Positions 26,223 through 38,120 of a DNA stretch of 64,000 nucleotides are shown here, in pieces. This DNA comes from Rhodosorus marinus CCMP1338. Its lineage: Eukaryota > Plantae > Rhodophyta. The position numbers and the translations under genes are program-made. The notes beneath the pieces were generated by a model. It had not been told where the DNA came from, did not search any database, and was given only the letters and a program-made list of their open reading frames with translations. Position 1 is the stretch's first letter. Each line of letters opens with the position of its first letter. The stretch is from the NCBI GenBank assembly GCA_029953675.1, contig JAMWBK010000003.1, forward strand, positions 186,001-250,000. Reading direction: 5' to 3'.

Positions 26223-28315
26223 ATGGAAACAGCGTCCCAGAAATACATTGACCAGCGAGTTCAATCGGCTCCAGATGAGAGTCAGAAAGCGGAACTTGGG
26301 AAGCTCTCGGAGCTCTACCAAAAGCGGTTATGGCACCAGATGACAATGGTACGACCTGTGTCGAATCGATGATGGCGGTTTGGCTGTTGTATTCTTGATC
26401 CGGATCCGGGTACAGGCTGGATAATAATACCACGCATTGAGTTCATGGACTGAGACAACACGATTTCTTGCGTTGAACATTGAACATTGATGTAGGAATT
26501 GAGAAGAATCACAAAGGAGGAAACAGTTGTGGACATGTTGCCCTTGTACTCGAATTTTGTGCAAGAGTTTGAAGGAAAGCTTAACCCCGTGGAGCTCATC
26601 GGATGGGCTGTGGATGTCTCAAGGGGTTTCTGTGCGAGTAAGAGCATCCATTCATATCTCCTTCATTGCCCACGGTTTTCCGTTTAGTATGGTTCTTGTT
26701 GCTTGGCTTGAGGGAGTAGATCCGGTCTACTCTCGAGAAGTAAAATCTCAGCTCTTACCTTCCCAACTCGTTCGTCTCCTGTATAGCTCCCACAGACGCT
26801 CTAGAATTTCTTACCCCCTTCTTGGACGAAGCCCAGATGGCAATGCGCAGCACCCCGGCTAAGATTCTACTTCTGAGCGAGATCGCGGGACTCAAGTTAA
26901 CACTGAACATGCACGAAGACAGCAAAACGGTAACTAATCCCTTGGGCTCGCAAGCCTGGAGATTTCGAGTCCTGCTCAGTCTCACGCTTTCCCTGCTCAG
27001 GCAATAACCAGTGCTAGAGAACTCGTGGAGGGCCAGTTGGAACTACCGGGACACATCCATTCAGCTTTCTATCGCTCAGCTGCGGAGTTTCACAAAATCG
27101 TAAGTCGGAAGTTCTACATTGAGGAACATTTGCAAGCTCTGCTCCGATGTCTAAACTTGATCTCCACGCCTATATATCAGGTTGGAAGCGCGGCCGAGTT
27201 TTACCGAAACGCACTTCAGTTCCTGTCCTACACGAAACCGGAGAGTTTGTCGAAGGAGGAACAATTGCAATGGTAGTGCCTCTAGCCTTTGAAACCTTGA
27301 CATAAGTCTACCCAACAGAGTACGAAATCTGAGTGAACTTTGCTTCATTGCTTTGGAAAACCCACCCAATTCGACTAGGGCATTTGACCTGGGCAACGCA
27401 GCTCTCGTCGGTGAAGACATTTATAACTATGGCGAGCTATTGGTGCACGGCGTTATCTCAGCTCTAGAGGGTAAGTGAAGACTTATTCTGAATAGCAAAT
27501 GCGCAGTGGAATAGTTTGCAGACGCCGACGATGAGAATGCTTACGTCGTTACGGTTTTTTTCTCTCGCAACCCCCGCGCACAGGAACCGAGCATCAGTGG
27601 CTTCTCGATCTCCTCCGCGCTTTCGATCGTGGAGATCTGGCAACCTTCGAAGAAATTTGCAGTATCGCAAATGATAGAATGATTCAACAGCCGGTCCTGG
27701 TGGCCCATAGGGAACTGATTAGGCAAAAAATCACGATCCTGGCACTGATGGAGCTCGCGTTCACTCGTAAGTACAAATCATACCGAGCGCCGTTCGGTTG
27801 ATAGTTGAGAGCTCGCAGCTTACAGGCTTCGAAAAATTGTCCTAGGAACCGCCGGACGGACGATCACCTTCGCAGAGATATCCGAAACGTGCAGGCTGCC
27901 AGAATCCGAGGTAAGTTTCCGCCCTTTTCCCAACGCTGGACTTCAGTTTGGAGCAGAGCGCAGCTGACACATAATATGCAAAATGTCTGCACCTGACCAG
28001 GTTGAGTTTCTGCTGATGCGAGCCCTTAGCTTGAAATTAATATCCGGAACGATTGATGGCGTTGACCGCTGTATCACCATCACAAGAGTGCAACCGCGAG
28101 TACTGGGAAGGTGGGCTGAACCCGCTCTTAGGACGGCCCGCTTGAACATGGCTTTCTCTGAAATTTCATATCTGATTATCCATCTTCCATTTGTTTGTGT
28201 GCTTTCAAACAGAGACCCCATACGCCTTATGGCGGAACGCCTGGACGAGTGGAGTGCAGAGGTTAATGAGACGTTGTTGTTGGTTCAGTCAAAGACTACT
28301 GAACTCAACTCGTGA
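26223..28315 (+). CDS. RPN9: 26S proteasome lid subunit Rpn9/PSMD13
   Basis: METASQKY...ELYQKRLWHQMTM, LYSNFVQEFEGKLNP, AALVGEDIYNYGELLVH and the PCI end VEFLLMRALSLKLISGTIDGVDRCITITRVQPRVL; many short introns. Confidence 0.92.
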
Positions 28316-28938
28316 GGACGCTCGAGTTCGTGCTACTAGTCACTCGCAACCATCCCTTGAATGTCCATGTCAGTCAGTACTGGGCATTCGTGCACCAAGT
28401 TTTGATTGGTCTGGTGGAATAACCAGGAAATTTCCACCGGAGAAAATGCTGAACTGTGACGGATAGAGAAAGTTCCACTCTGGCCCGCACTAACCTCAAC
28501 TATAGAGTACAAACCTACAATCCTGATCATCCGAGTCATGAACTGATGGTGAGCCCGTGTTAGATTCGCGGCCAACCTGTCACTGGGACATTTGCTTTCC
28601 CGCTCGTCGCAGTGTACAAGTAAAGCGTACAGTACTTTAGTTGAAACAGAATTTATCTCAGGAAACAGAAAGCAGAAGAACCGCTTCCCCCAGCTCCGGT
28701 TACAGCCACGCATGGCCTAGTTTTCAGCTACTACCAACATGAATACTAGCCGTTATACATTTTTGGGAAGTTTTTTTTTCAGCTGGGCTTAGAATCGAGC
28801 TGTGACTGCTCCTGGTTGCGCCGATGCAGGAATTGTTATCTCGTTCGCGAACATACTGAAAAGCTTGAAACTCTGATGGAACGATAGCAAGTGGGCTTGC
28901 AGAATGCTGGAATTTTGGGTGGGGGGGTAGGGGTTGCG

Positions 28939-29673
28939 ATGAGTGCAGTGACAGTTGCGAGAGGCTCAGTGACGAGTTGGTCAGGATCGATCGTCTATTG
29001 GGCCTGTGTTTCCTGCTCGCGAAAAGTAGCCGGTCCGGAGCATGCCCCATCTATAGAGACGTTCTGCAATCGATGCAACCACGGTGTACGAGTTGTCGCT
29101 AGATATCAGCTCTCAGTGGATGTCGCAGACGACCTCCAGAGCGTCTGGTTTTCGATATTTGGTGACGCCCTACAGCCATTGTTCGACGCCCCCGCAGACG
29201 AAGTGATCAGGCAGGTCGAACGTACGCCAAGAGGGAAGCAGCTTCTGATACAGGCAGTTGACTCGATACTGCTCGGCTCAGCTGTGGTGCTAGAGGTCCT
29301 GCCCCAGAGAGGTGAACTACGACCATCGAGGGGCTGCCGAGTCAAGAAGATAAGCCTCATTTGCAGCTGTGGGGACTCGATAATGAGTGAGCTCTTGCAT
29401 CTCTCCGAAAAGGCTGTACAAGCCAACCAAGCGAACATTGAGTCAAGAGGAGCGACGTCCTCCTCGAGATGCAGTTTTCTTAACCGAAAGCGAGTCTTCG
29501 CGAGTCCCGACTCGTTCTGTAACATGAGCGAAACGGTTGTGGAGGAATGCTTGGAGGTGAATCAAATTCTTAAAGACCCAGCCGCTTGGGGAATCGTTTT
29601 CAGTCCGGAAAAACTTCCAACGACGATCAAGCGCAAGCTGGACTTCACGCGCAGTTCGCAGGATCTGACATAG
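28939..29673 (+). CDS. RPA1-C-type OB fold with C4 zinc ribbon plus low-complexity tail (DDIAS/noxin-like), intronless
   Basis: YWACVSCSRK...FCNRC...ARYQLSVDVAD...FSIFGDALQPLFD matches the RPA70C/DDIAS OB architecture (YxxCxxC..CxxC..RYxLxxxVxD..xFG). Confidence 0.75.
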   Translation: MSAVTVARGSVTSWSGSIVYWACVSCSRKVAGPEHAPSIETFCNRCNHGVRVVARYQLSVDVADDLQSVWFSIFGDALQPLFDAPADEVIRQVERTPRGKQLLIQAVDSILLGSAVVLEVLPQRGELRPSRGCRVKKISLICSCGDSIMSELLHLSEKAVQANQANIESRGATSSSRCSFLNRKRVFASPDSFCNMSETVVEECLEVNQILKDPAAWGIVFSPEKLPTTIKRKLDFTRSSQDLT

Positions 29674-29998
29674 CCGAACGCTCTCGATAATCGGCAAACT
29701 TGTTGCTCTGACATGACTGATGCAGCATATGAAAAAGCGTCCGACTTAGTTTACAGGGCAAGCTCTGCTAACACCATCGCGAGGTCCTCGCCACGAACGA
29801 GCAATCTCAGTTGGTATTAAGCATCAGCGGTTAAGGAAATCTCACAGATTCACCGTGCGGCGTAGATGTGAAAGGGAGTTTGTGAAAGTCCGGGAAAGAT
29901 ACCCAGGCCTTGACTCGTCAAAAGGCATCTTCAAAAGAGCAAAGCACAGCGCGTCAATTCACTTCTGCCTAAGATCTCGCAATCAATCGACACAGTCA

Positions 29999-31773
29999 CT
30001 ATTGAGAAGGGGAGTCGCTTGACGACGAAGTGGAGGGTGAGGACAATCCAACTACGACATCCGCAGCACTATCCCGGCGTGAGATTTCAGCTCGCATTCC
30101 CAGAGGGCTCATGTTCAACGGTGGAAAATACCCCTGGAAGTGGACAGAGGGAAAAGATGCTTCGATGAACAACGCTGCTTATCCTTGGCGAGTCATTGGG
30201 GGGGCTTCTTACGGGTTCAAATGGTGGAGGAAAGCTTGTTTCGCAGTCGTACTGGTACGCAAACCTCGCGACGAATATTTTCAGCTCCATAACTGCCAGC
30301 CGGTATCCTCCACACATACGTGATCCCCTGCTGAATGGTACGTACGCAAAAGAAGAAGGTGCACCGCCGCTTTCTGGGGCGTTCAAGAACCTTTCTGGGC
30401 GGAAATTTTCTGGCTCCTCCCAGCTCTTTGCATTTTGATGGACCAACCACGGTACAATATATACAGAGGTTCCACGTGGGATCATTAAACCCGCGAGATT
30501 GTCATCACGTTGACATTCCTTCACCAAAACCGGAAACGGAGGCCTCAGACGGAGCGTCTCCCTCACTACAGATTCAGTGTAAACCATGGGCTTGAGATCA
30601 TCGTACGACATCTCCGAGATCTTTCTCTCACCTGTACAGACGAGAACAACGAATCGTTCGTTGGTCATGCAGTAGACTGAAACACGGATTCCGTGCTTTT
30701 TTCGGAATTGGCGCGTCAAACTTACCGAGGATCTGCCTGAGCTCTTCTCGGATCGTTTCAAGGGCGTGTGGATGCTCTGACAAGTAGTAGATGAGCCACA
30801 AGGTCGCTGTCGGAACAGTTTGCGTAGAGGCCATAACGAGACCGGTGACTTTTCCGAGTTTTCCCACTTTTCCAACCTTTCCGATCCAAGAGTGTACCCA
30901 TCCTTTTGCTCCGGCGCTGGCGAGATGATCAAGATGGCGTCCCAGCGCGCGGCCAAATCTGATGATCGCGATCGCATCGATAAGGAAGCGCACAACTGCA
31001 AACGGCCGAAACAGAAACCCGAGCGGGTTTACCATCTCCTGGGCAAACTCACGGCCAGCGTGCAGGATTCGCATGCCGATGTCATCTGCCCGCCTTGAGT
31101 CGCTGTAGTCGAACAGCACCCGAAGGTTCAACCTGGTTATCCCGCTCTGAACAATCCCGATCACGGCATCGTCATCCGACTCCATATCTTTTGCGGTCAG
31201 CCCCTCTAGACGAGAAAGGAGCTCCCCCATACTGACCAGGATGACTTGAAACTTGTCCTGGGCGAGCTGTCCCAATGCTCTACGGGAAACATCTCCTTTT
31301 TCATCCAGCTCAGCTGTCTCCAATTCCGCCGCTTTCTGCTGACTTGCCACTGCCGTCTTCACGGCCTTTGACCTATATCCAAAGTACTTGGGTTTGCTAT
31401 ACACACCTCCATCCCCGCCCAAGACACGACGAACGGAGTCCGGATCTGTCACCACGACAAATGGCATCGATAGGATCCAAAAAACGCTGCTTTCGCGATC
31501 AATATACTGGTACAAAGTTTTGTAGAAAGCTCTGCTCAACTGCGGAATGTTTCCGAGCAAAAAGGTTCTTGGTGGCCCATCTGGTCTGGAACCGTCCACC
31601 TTGTGGAGATGTTTCTCCCACCAACGCAATCGATACCATTCCTTAACCAGCCATCCAGTCAGACCCAAACCAACCGCCGTTCCACAAGCTCCAGCAAAAA
31701 ATTTCCATGGCAGATCGCCCTGAGTACCCCCCCAACCCTTCAAGGTTGTTCCAATCCCATCCTCGAACATCAT
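29999..31773 (-). CDS. Cytochrome P450
   Basis: N-terminal TM anchor, PPRTFLLGNIPQL, ETLR (ExxR), PERF and heme motif FSRGSRMCGG. The last exon after GTAAG..CAG reads GYFPPLNMSPLGMRAEISRR...stop at 29999. Confidence 0.92.
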
Positions 31774-32575
31774 ATCGAGATCAACATTGCTTTCTCCAAA
31801 ACTCTACTCGATATCCTCCTCGTAGATTCTACATCAGCTACTAAAAACTGCTCATCAAAAGGGCACCCAATGACACAAACCCTTCAATTCATTCTCGTCC
31901 AAACTTACATCCTCTACGATCCTCACAACATCTTTCTCGACCGGACATCGTTGACAAGAAGCCGTCTCGTCTCTTCCTGGGAGCCGGCAGCCCACCATCT
32001 CGCCAAACCAAGCCTACTCTGCTGAGAAAGTGTTCCGATGAACGCATTTTTGACTTCATTAGTCTTGCTGGGCAAGCGCTGATGTGTCAGTTTGGGGTTT
32101 CGATAGTAATGATCCCAGAGCATTTTTCCTTACTCGTAGTGCACGCTTGGAATCATAAAAAAAAAAAAAAACAACTCTCAGTTCCCAGAAACGAGGAAAG
32201 ATCGCGCTGCATGGTTTTCGGAAGAGTAGCTTGCTGCTGGCCTCTGACCGCAAACTGAGGCCACTTGCATGCAGCACAAACACAAAGCGTGGTTGGATTG
32301 CCAGCTTAAGTCTTTTGGTAGGATACTAGTGACGCTAGAGTTCCAGGTGGTAACATCGACCCCGGAACGCTGGATGAGGTTGAGTTCCGTCTACAGCACA
32401 GTTCACGGATGTTCATCGAGGTGCTGTAGGCAGTCCGGTTTAGCAAAAAGTGTATCCAAAAAGGCCCGGCGAAACCTCCAACTTGGCCAGAAGAGAAGTT
32501 GGCAGTCTGTATCGCGGCAGCTCTAGTTTCAGTTCAATTTGTATTTTATAAGCGGTTGTTAGTTGGGTTGTCAAG

Positions 32576-33889
32576 TTAGCACTTGCGTCGGTTGTGTTCT
32601 ACGGGAAACGTCTGTATGAGAGAAGGATCTACAGGAAGAGGAGGTTCTGTGAAGAACGGATGCTTCATAGCCTCGCTGGCAGTAATTCGCTTCTCCGGAT
32701 CGTACGTGAGCATCCGGTTGAGTAGGTCGAACCCATTGTTCGTAAGCGTTGTTGGAAATTTCTTCCGCAGAAAATTGTACGGCTGCTTGGAAAACTTCAC
32801 CTTCCTGGCGTTCGGAAGCTGGCTCATTCCTGGCCAGATTTCCTCCGTCGGTGATCCGAGCATCTTGGACATCAGGTTCAGCTGATCCAGTTCGCCCTTC
32901 CCAGGCAGCAGCGCCTCAAGGGTACACAGTTCAGCAAATATACACCCCACGCTCCATATATCGATCGCTCTTGAATACCGCTTGTCTCCCAGAAGAACTT
33001 CCGGGGCCCTATACCAGAGCGTAACTACCGTTGATGTATAATCGTGGCTTGGGTCGCAAAACTGTCTTGCCAACCCGAAATCACAGACCTTCAAGACACC
33101 CCCGTTCGTCACCAACAAGTTCGATGTCTTCATATCGCGGTGGAAAACCTGACCCAGGTCAGAGCAGGAAAGTCAAACGGATTCAGCCCATGCTGAGATC
33201 GCGTTTTCGCCGGGCGGGCGCCTACGCGGGGATCATTGCTACGCATCCGTCACGAGCTAAACGCTTACCCAGTTCTCATGTAAGTGATTGACACCTGCGA
33301 GCAGTTGCTGCATCAAACTCTTGACTTCGCTGGGAGAATAGGGCTGTTTTCGTCTCTTCATGCTCTCCAGGACTTCTTTCAAGTCGTGCTCACAATATTC
33401 CATCACCATGAAGATGAGATCCATGCTGCTTCCGACGACGACTTCTCGAACGTGGACGATATTCTCATGTCGAAGCGATAGAAGGATGTTGATTTCCCTC
33501 AGGCACGTGATTGGAAACCCTTCAGACTCCTTTGACAGTTTCACCTGCTTGAGCGCATAAATTGTCCCGCTTTCAATATCGCGGGCACGCCAAACCCTGT
33601 GTAGGTTCAACGAGCAAGTTGCAACGCAGAGTGAGAGTCTGGAAGCAAAACCTGACGCCGTACATTGCGTATATCTGTAGACTCCTTACCTTCCGTACGT
33701 TCCCTCATCGACAAAGTTGAGTCTCTCATAATTCTCAACAGAACGACATCCGGTTAGATGCGACAGGTACTTTCCATCGGCAAACGAAAGGGCAAATTCT
33801 TCAGATTCGTCCTGTTTCTGATCAGTATCGGCACCTTCATCCGCTTTCCTCTTCCTGTCCTCTGGTGACAGGCGTTTGTCCGCCGCCAT
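32576..33889 (-). CDS. Cyclin-dependent kinase, CDK11/CDKG (PITSLRE-like) group
   Basis: [14 protein letters not shown] cyclin-binding helix, [16 protein letters not shown] and [10 protein letters not shown]. Confidence 0.95.
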
Positions 33890-35437
33890 CACATCATCTA
33901 TACCGTCTCAGAGCATGAATACCACCAAACAGCCTCCTCGCACCGATTCTTCCCTTCTCGTCCCTTGGAGTTCGGTACTAGCAACTCGCAACTCGATCCA
34001 TCTTGAACGCGTCGGAAACTCCCAATATAGTCAACGAGTTCTAGCCTCGATCCACTAAAGCAAAGCAGCAGCACCGCCTTTGATTCAATTCTCCACTTCA
34101 CGAAACATCCCTTCTTCGAGAATCTAGTTTCTCTCAGTGACTTTGCATCAACTTCCAAGTTTCAATCCCTACCTTACCAGGGCCATCCTACTCTGTTTAA
34201 GCAGTAGCGCGAGGCCGTCTTGAAGGAGCAACCCAAGCCTACCCTTGACGCGACCTGTGCAGGGGCGTATGACTAGACATTTCGTGTTGAGCATGTGAAA
34301 TTGAGAACGTCGCCTTCGGCAAGAAACGTCTGGTTCGACCTGCCCACCGATGCCCTCACCGATGGGGTCATCTGTGGCTTGCCGGTTGACCGTCAAGGGG
34401 AATAGATTTTGCACCGCCAAACATAGAGCCACTTTGTCTCGAGAAGCGGCTTCATATAATCCGTGAAAAGCGGAGGTGCTTTCCGCTAGCTCATTCTGGG
34501 AACAAAAGCTGATGCGCAAAGAACCCCGTCCTCCTCGCTGCGTTCTTGAGAGCGCGGAGTCTTAACAATGAGGCCTTGATATCATTGCTTTCCAATACGT
34601 TCCGGAGTGAACTGTCTCGCACTTGGTGAAGAAGCAAAAAAGCACGTAGGGGCGAGAATCACATCTGCAAGAAAGAATAAAGTTCATCAGATAGAAAAAC
34701 AAGACGTCTTGACGATTTGTTCTTCCTCACTCGTACCGCTGAGCACCTTCAAAAGTACTCTTAGTACAGGTCCAAATCCAAAAGTACTGACACAGTATAA
34801 ATTGATCGTATTTTATTGTATTTATATAAGTAAGACGGTAATATATTGTTTAGACGATTAAAAGGAACCAAATCGTTTTCTCCTTTTTTTCGATATCGAG
34901 AGATTGGAGCTCACAATGAAAAGTCGACGCGCGACAAATCTCAGGTGACTAAATATGCAGCACGTGCTAACATGAGCTGGTCTCGGACTGCACTGCAGAG
35001 ACAGTCTCATCCATGATCGCATGTTTTCTATTTCGCCTCACCGTTTGAAACCGTAAGCTCGATGCCTGCTTTACGATGGATCCGATCCCACCTGCTTCTG
35101 TTCTGTTTGGGAGCATCCTCGTTTGTGGCGGTGCCTCCAGTTTGGCTTGAGCCGGTCAGTGGCAAACGCAAATCAGGGGGACTTTTCGGAATTGGGTTGA
35201 TACGATGTACAAGGCGGGGTTCTTTTCGGGGAAGGACGGCGGCGCAATCGATCTCTTCGCTGGGAACAAAGTTGGACTATTGGTGACGCTGTTTGATTCC
35301 ACTGTTGGGGCGGTAGGGAAATACGGGGTGCTAGAGTGTGATCTTGGAAGAGCGAAGGGGTCGATTGGTAGAGACTACTGAACAGGTGTAGCCGTGACGT
35401 GGAATCTTCTTGAAGCAAAGACCCAGTCGAATTAAGA

Positions 35438-36654
35438 ATGATCGGGTTTGTTGCTGGCTGGTTTGGCCATGCTGCTGGGGCGGCAGAGTCTCGAAATGCA
35501 CAGTGCAGGAGAGTACAAAGCCCCATTCGAGCATTGATTCGCGTCAGAGCAAGTGCAGATGAATCAGGAGGAAAAGGATCAATACTCCCTACTGCTTTGC
35601 CGGTGTCAACTACTTGGGAAATTGATTTCTACTCGCGGCCGGTAATCGGCGCAGACGGGAAGAAACTATGGGAATTGATTATCACGGACAAGAATGGCAA
35701 TTTCGAGCATGTGGAGAGCGTTCCCAATTCCATGGTCAACTCAAAGGAGCTGAAGAGGAGAGTCCAGGCGGTCATTGATGACTCACCAACGAAGCCCAAG
35801 ACACTCCGCTTTTTCCGCGCTCAGATGCAAAACATGATCAAGATTGCGCTCAGTTCTATTGAAGACGTCGTAATCCTGCCGTCACGAAGAACATACTCAC
35901 TTCTGGAGGTGATAGAAGATAGGGAGACGAACGTCTATCCCAAAATGAAAGGTACAGAATACTATGTAATCCTTCACCGATGAGGGCGGCTGCTTGGATT
36001 ACGGGAATTTGACCCGCTTCGTTTGCTGCATTCCTCAAATGGACCAGGCTACCGGGCGATCTCTGCTGACCCCTTTTCGGCGATGAGTAGTTCGGAGGTG
36101 AGGGTCGGAGAAAAGATGCCCGACTCTCTGCGCGGTGAGAAATTTGCGTTTGTCACGCTAGAGCTGGGTCAGATCCGTGCGCTGAAACCAGAGGATGTGG
36201 GCTTTGGCGAGATCTGCCCAATCCCTCAGAGTTTGCCAGATGACTTGACCATCCCTGGGATTTGCGTCTACTCTGGAAGAGCAGGAGGTATGTGTTTCTC
36301 TTGGAATCGCTGCTTGTACGAACTGTAAAGCAGGGAACGTGACAAAGCGAGAGGAAAAACTGATCAGCATAGCCTGCTTTTTCGTGTTATTGATTTGAAA
36401 TTGCAGGACTCGCTGGATGGCTCAGCGGCAGCGAAATTGCCGCAATATCCGCACTTGTGAAGCAGAGGGAGATTTTCTTGGAGTGCGGATTGAACACCAA
36501 TTTCCTTTTTGCTAGAATCTCCGAAGGTCTTCGAAATGAAGCGAAAGCCTATGAAAACCAGAAGGTGGAGACCGAAGGACTGCACTTCCTTGCAGTTCAG
36601 ACAACTCCAGAGGCCGAAGAGGTGGCCGGGTTCTGGCTCCTACGCACAGTTTAA
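35438..36654 (+). CDS. TAB2: Tab2/ATAB2 plastid RNA-binding translation factor
   Basis: MIGFV transit-like leader; WEIDFYSRPV..GKKLWEL, RFFRAQMQNMI and VAGFWLLR are Tab2 hallmarks. Confidence 0.92.
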
Positions 36655-37437
36655 GTCAAATACGAAGCGTTTCGAGGTTGATCCTTGGCCGTGTTAATAT
36701 TCAACACAGAATGCGTTCATTCTAATTGCCCATGCAGCCGTCATGGGGGATCATTTGGAATTCAATATGGTTCCCCTGCTCCCTAGTACCGTCATTTAAA
36801 GTGCTTGAGTTCTATATCCCAGACGTCTCGCGGTTTCCAGAAATTGAAAGCCTGGGTAAATCCAGCAGAATCTGCACGGGACAACTCGATGCACTCGCAG
36901 AGAGTCTGGTGGGAGGCTTTCATGCCTGGAATTCACATCTGATCCCTCCTACCACTACCGCAATTCCTCACTTTGTATCCATCCACGTTGTCTCAACCAG
37001 TTAGATTCCCTCATCAATCCAACCTTTCTGATCCTCTTTTGTCTCTGCAGTCAACTCGAGCTCTGCCGTGATGTTGACATTTCCGAGTTTTGAATGTGTA
37101 GGATCTGAGATTGTCTAAGAGATTCCCCCAAAAAGTGGAGACCACGTTTTGGGGGTGTTTGCATATAGAAGGAAGAGTCCTTCGTACAAGCCAACGACGA
37201 GAAGCAAACTAATCCTGCGCCAGTCATACATCCTCCCCTTGACAACATTCTTCGTGGAAAAAGCAATATTAGTCAAAACCGTCAATCTAATGCGAAAACA
37301 ATCAATTTATTCAATTTTGCTGTCCCATGGGACTGTGACGGTTCAAGAAAACACATTACTTGTCCCAAGACATCCCCATCCAAATGCTAATTATCAACAT
37401 AAATTAGATTCTCATGGATGAGATCGATGATTTTGGT

Positions 37438-37620
37438 GATGATGATCCGTTTATTCAGAGCCTAACTACCCTGAGAAGCGAGAAAGAAGACGCTGATGAC
37501 GCGCGTCCAACAATAAGTCAGCGTTGGAACGCCACAAGGTCAAGGACAGCTCCGTGAGGAGGCTATCAAGACGACTTGGGTTGTTTTGGAAGAGCCCACG
37601 AAGAGATCTGGCTGTGTCTT
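37438..37620 (-). mobile_element. Solo 5'-truncated 3' end of an RLE-type non-LTR retrotransposon
   Basis: The minus strand reads RSLRGLFQNNPSRLDSLLTELSLTLWRSNADLLLDARHQRLLSRFSG-stop, then GCTCTGAATAAACGG-(ATC)3. It is homologous to the copies at 48.7-51.15 kb. Confidence 0.75.
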
Positions 37621-38120
37621 TGCTTGGTTCGGAGTATCAAAAACTATGGTCCCAGATTTTGGAATCAACTGCTTCAGGGGGATGTGCGCTGGGTAAGGAA
37701 CGGACTGTGATGGGGAAGATAAGCAATTACCAGATTCTGACTCCAATTCTTCGATGAGCAAAAAGAGGAGTCGGGGGGTGGGGATGTTTTGTAGAAGATA
37801 ATATTATGTGTAGACAACTTGTGTGCAATTGGAGCAAGTAAAGAGGGATTGGGCTGAGAATCGAGGATGAGGAAGGACGAAGCGGAGATGGTAGAGCACG
37901 TAAAGCTTCTTCTGAACTGAATTGGAGGATCCAGCTGTTCACGGTTTGATGCTTTGGAGCGTCTACGGATGGAATGCGAGTTTGCAGTTCCTGACGGAGA
38001 ATAAAATGTGAGGAGATGGGACTTGATTGCGAGAAGACGTGAGATACATCCAGGCGGACGATTGGAGCGCTGATCACGTGCTTCGGAGGGTGTCCAGCAC
38101 GGATATCTAGCCGAGCTGAG

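Noticed and set aside
28336-28713. 125-aa minus-strand ORF between Rpn9 and the DDIAS-like gene
   Set aside because: No motif or splice evidence; it could be a chance ORF.
11649-31773. PUFA/oxylipin gene cluster (GST, desaturase, P450)
   Set aside because: The genes are separated by unrelated housekeeping genes (flippase, Rpn9), and there is no evidence of co-regulation in the sequence.
37441-37548. Plus-strand peptide DDPFIQSLTTLRSEKEDADDAR repeated in several copies, with a shared TGA
   Set aside because: It is the antisense shadow of the retroelement C-terminus. The minus-strand frame shows the conserved substitutions and recognisable motifs.
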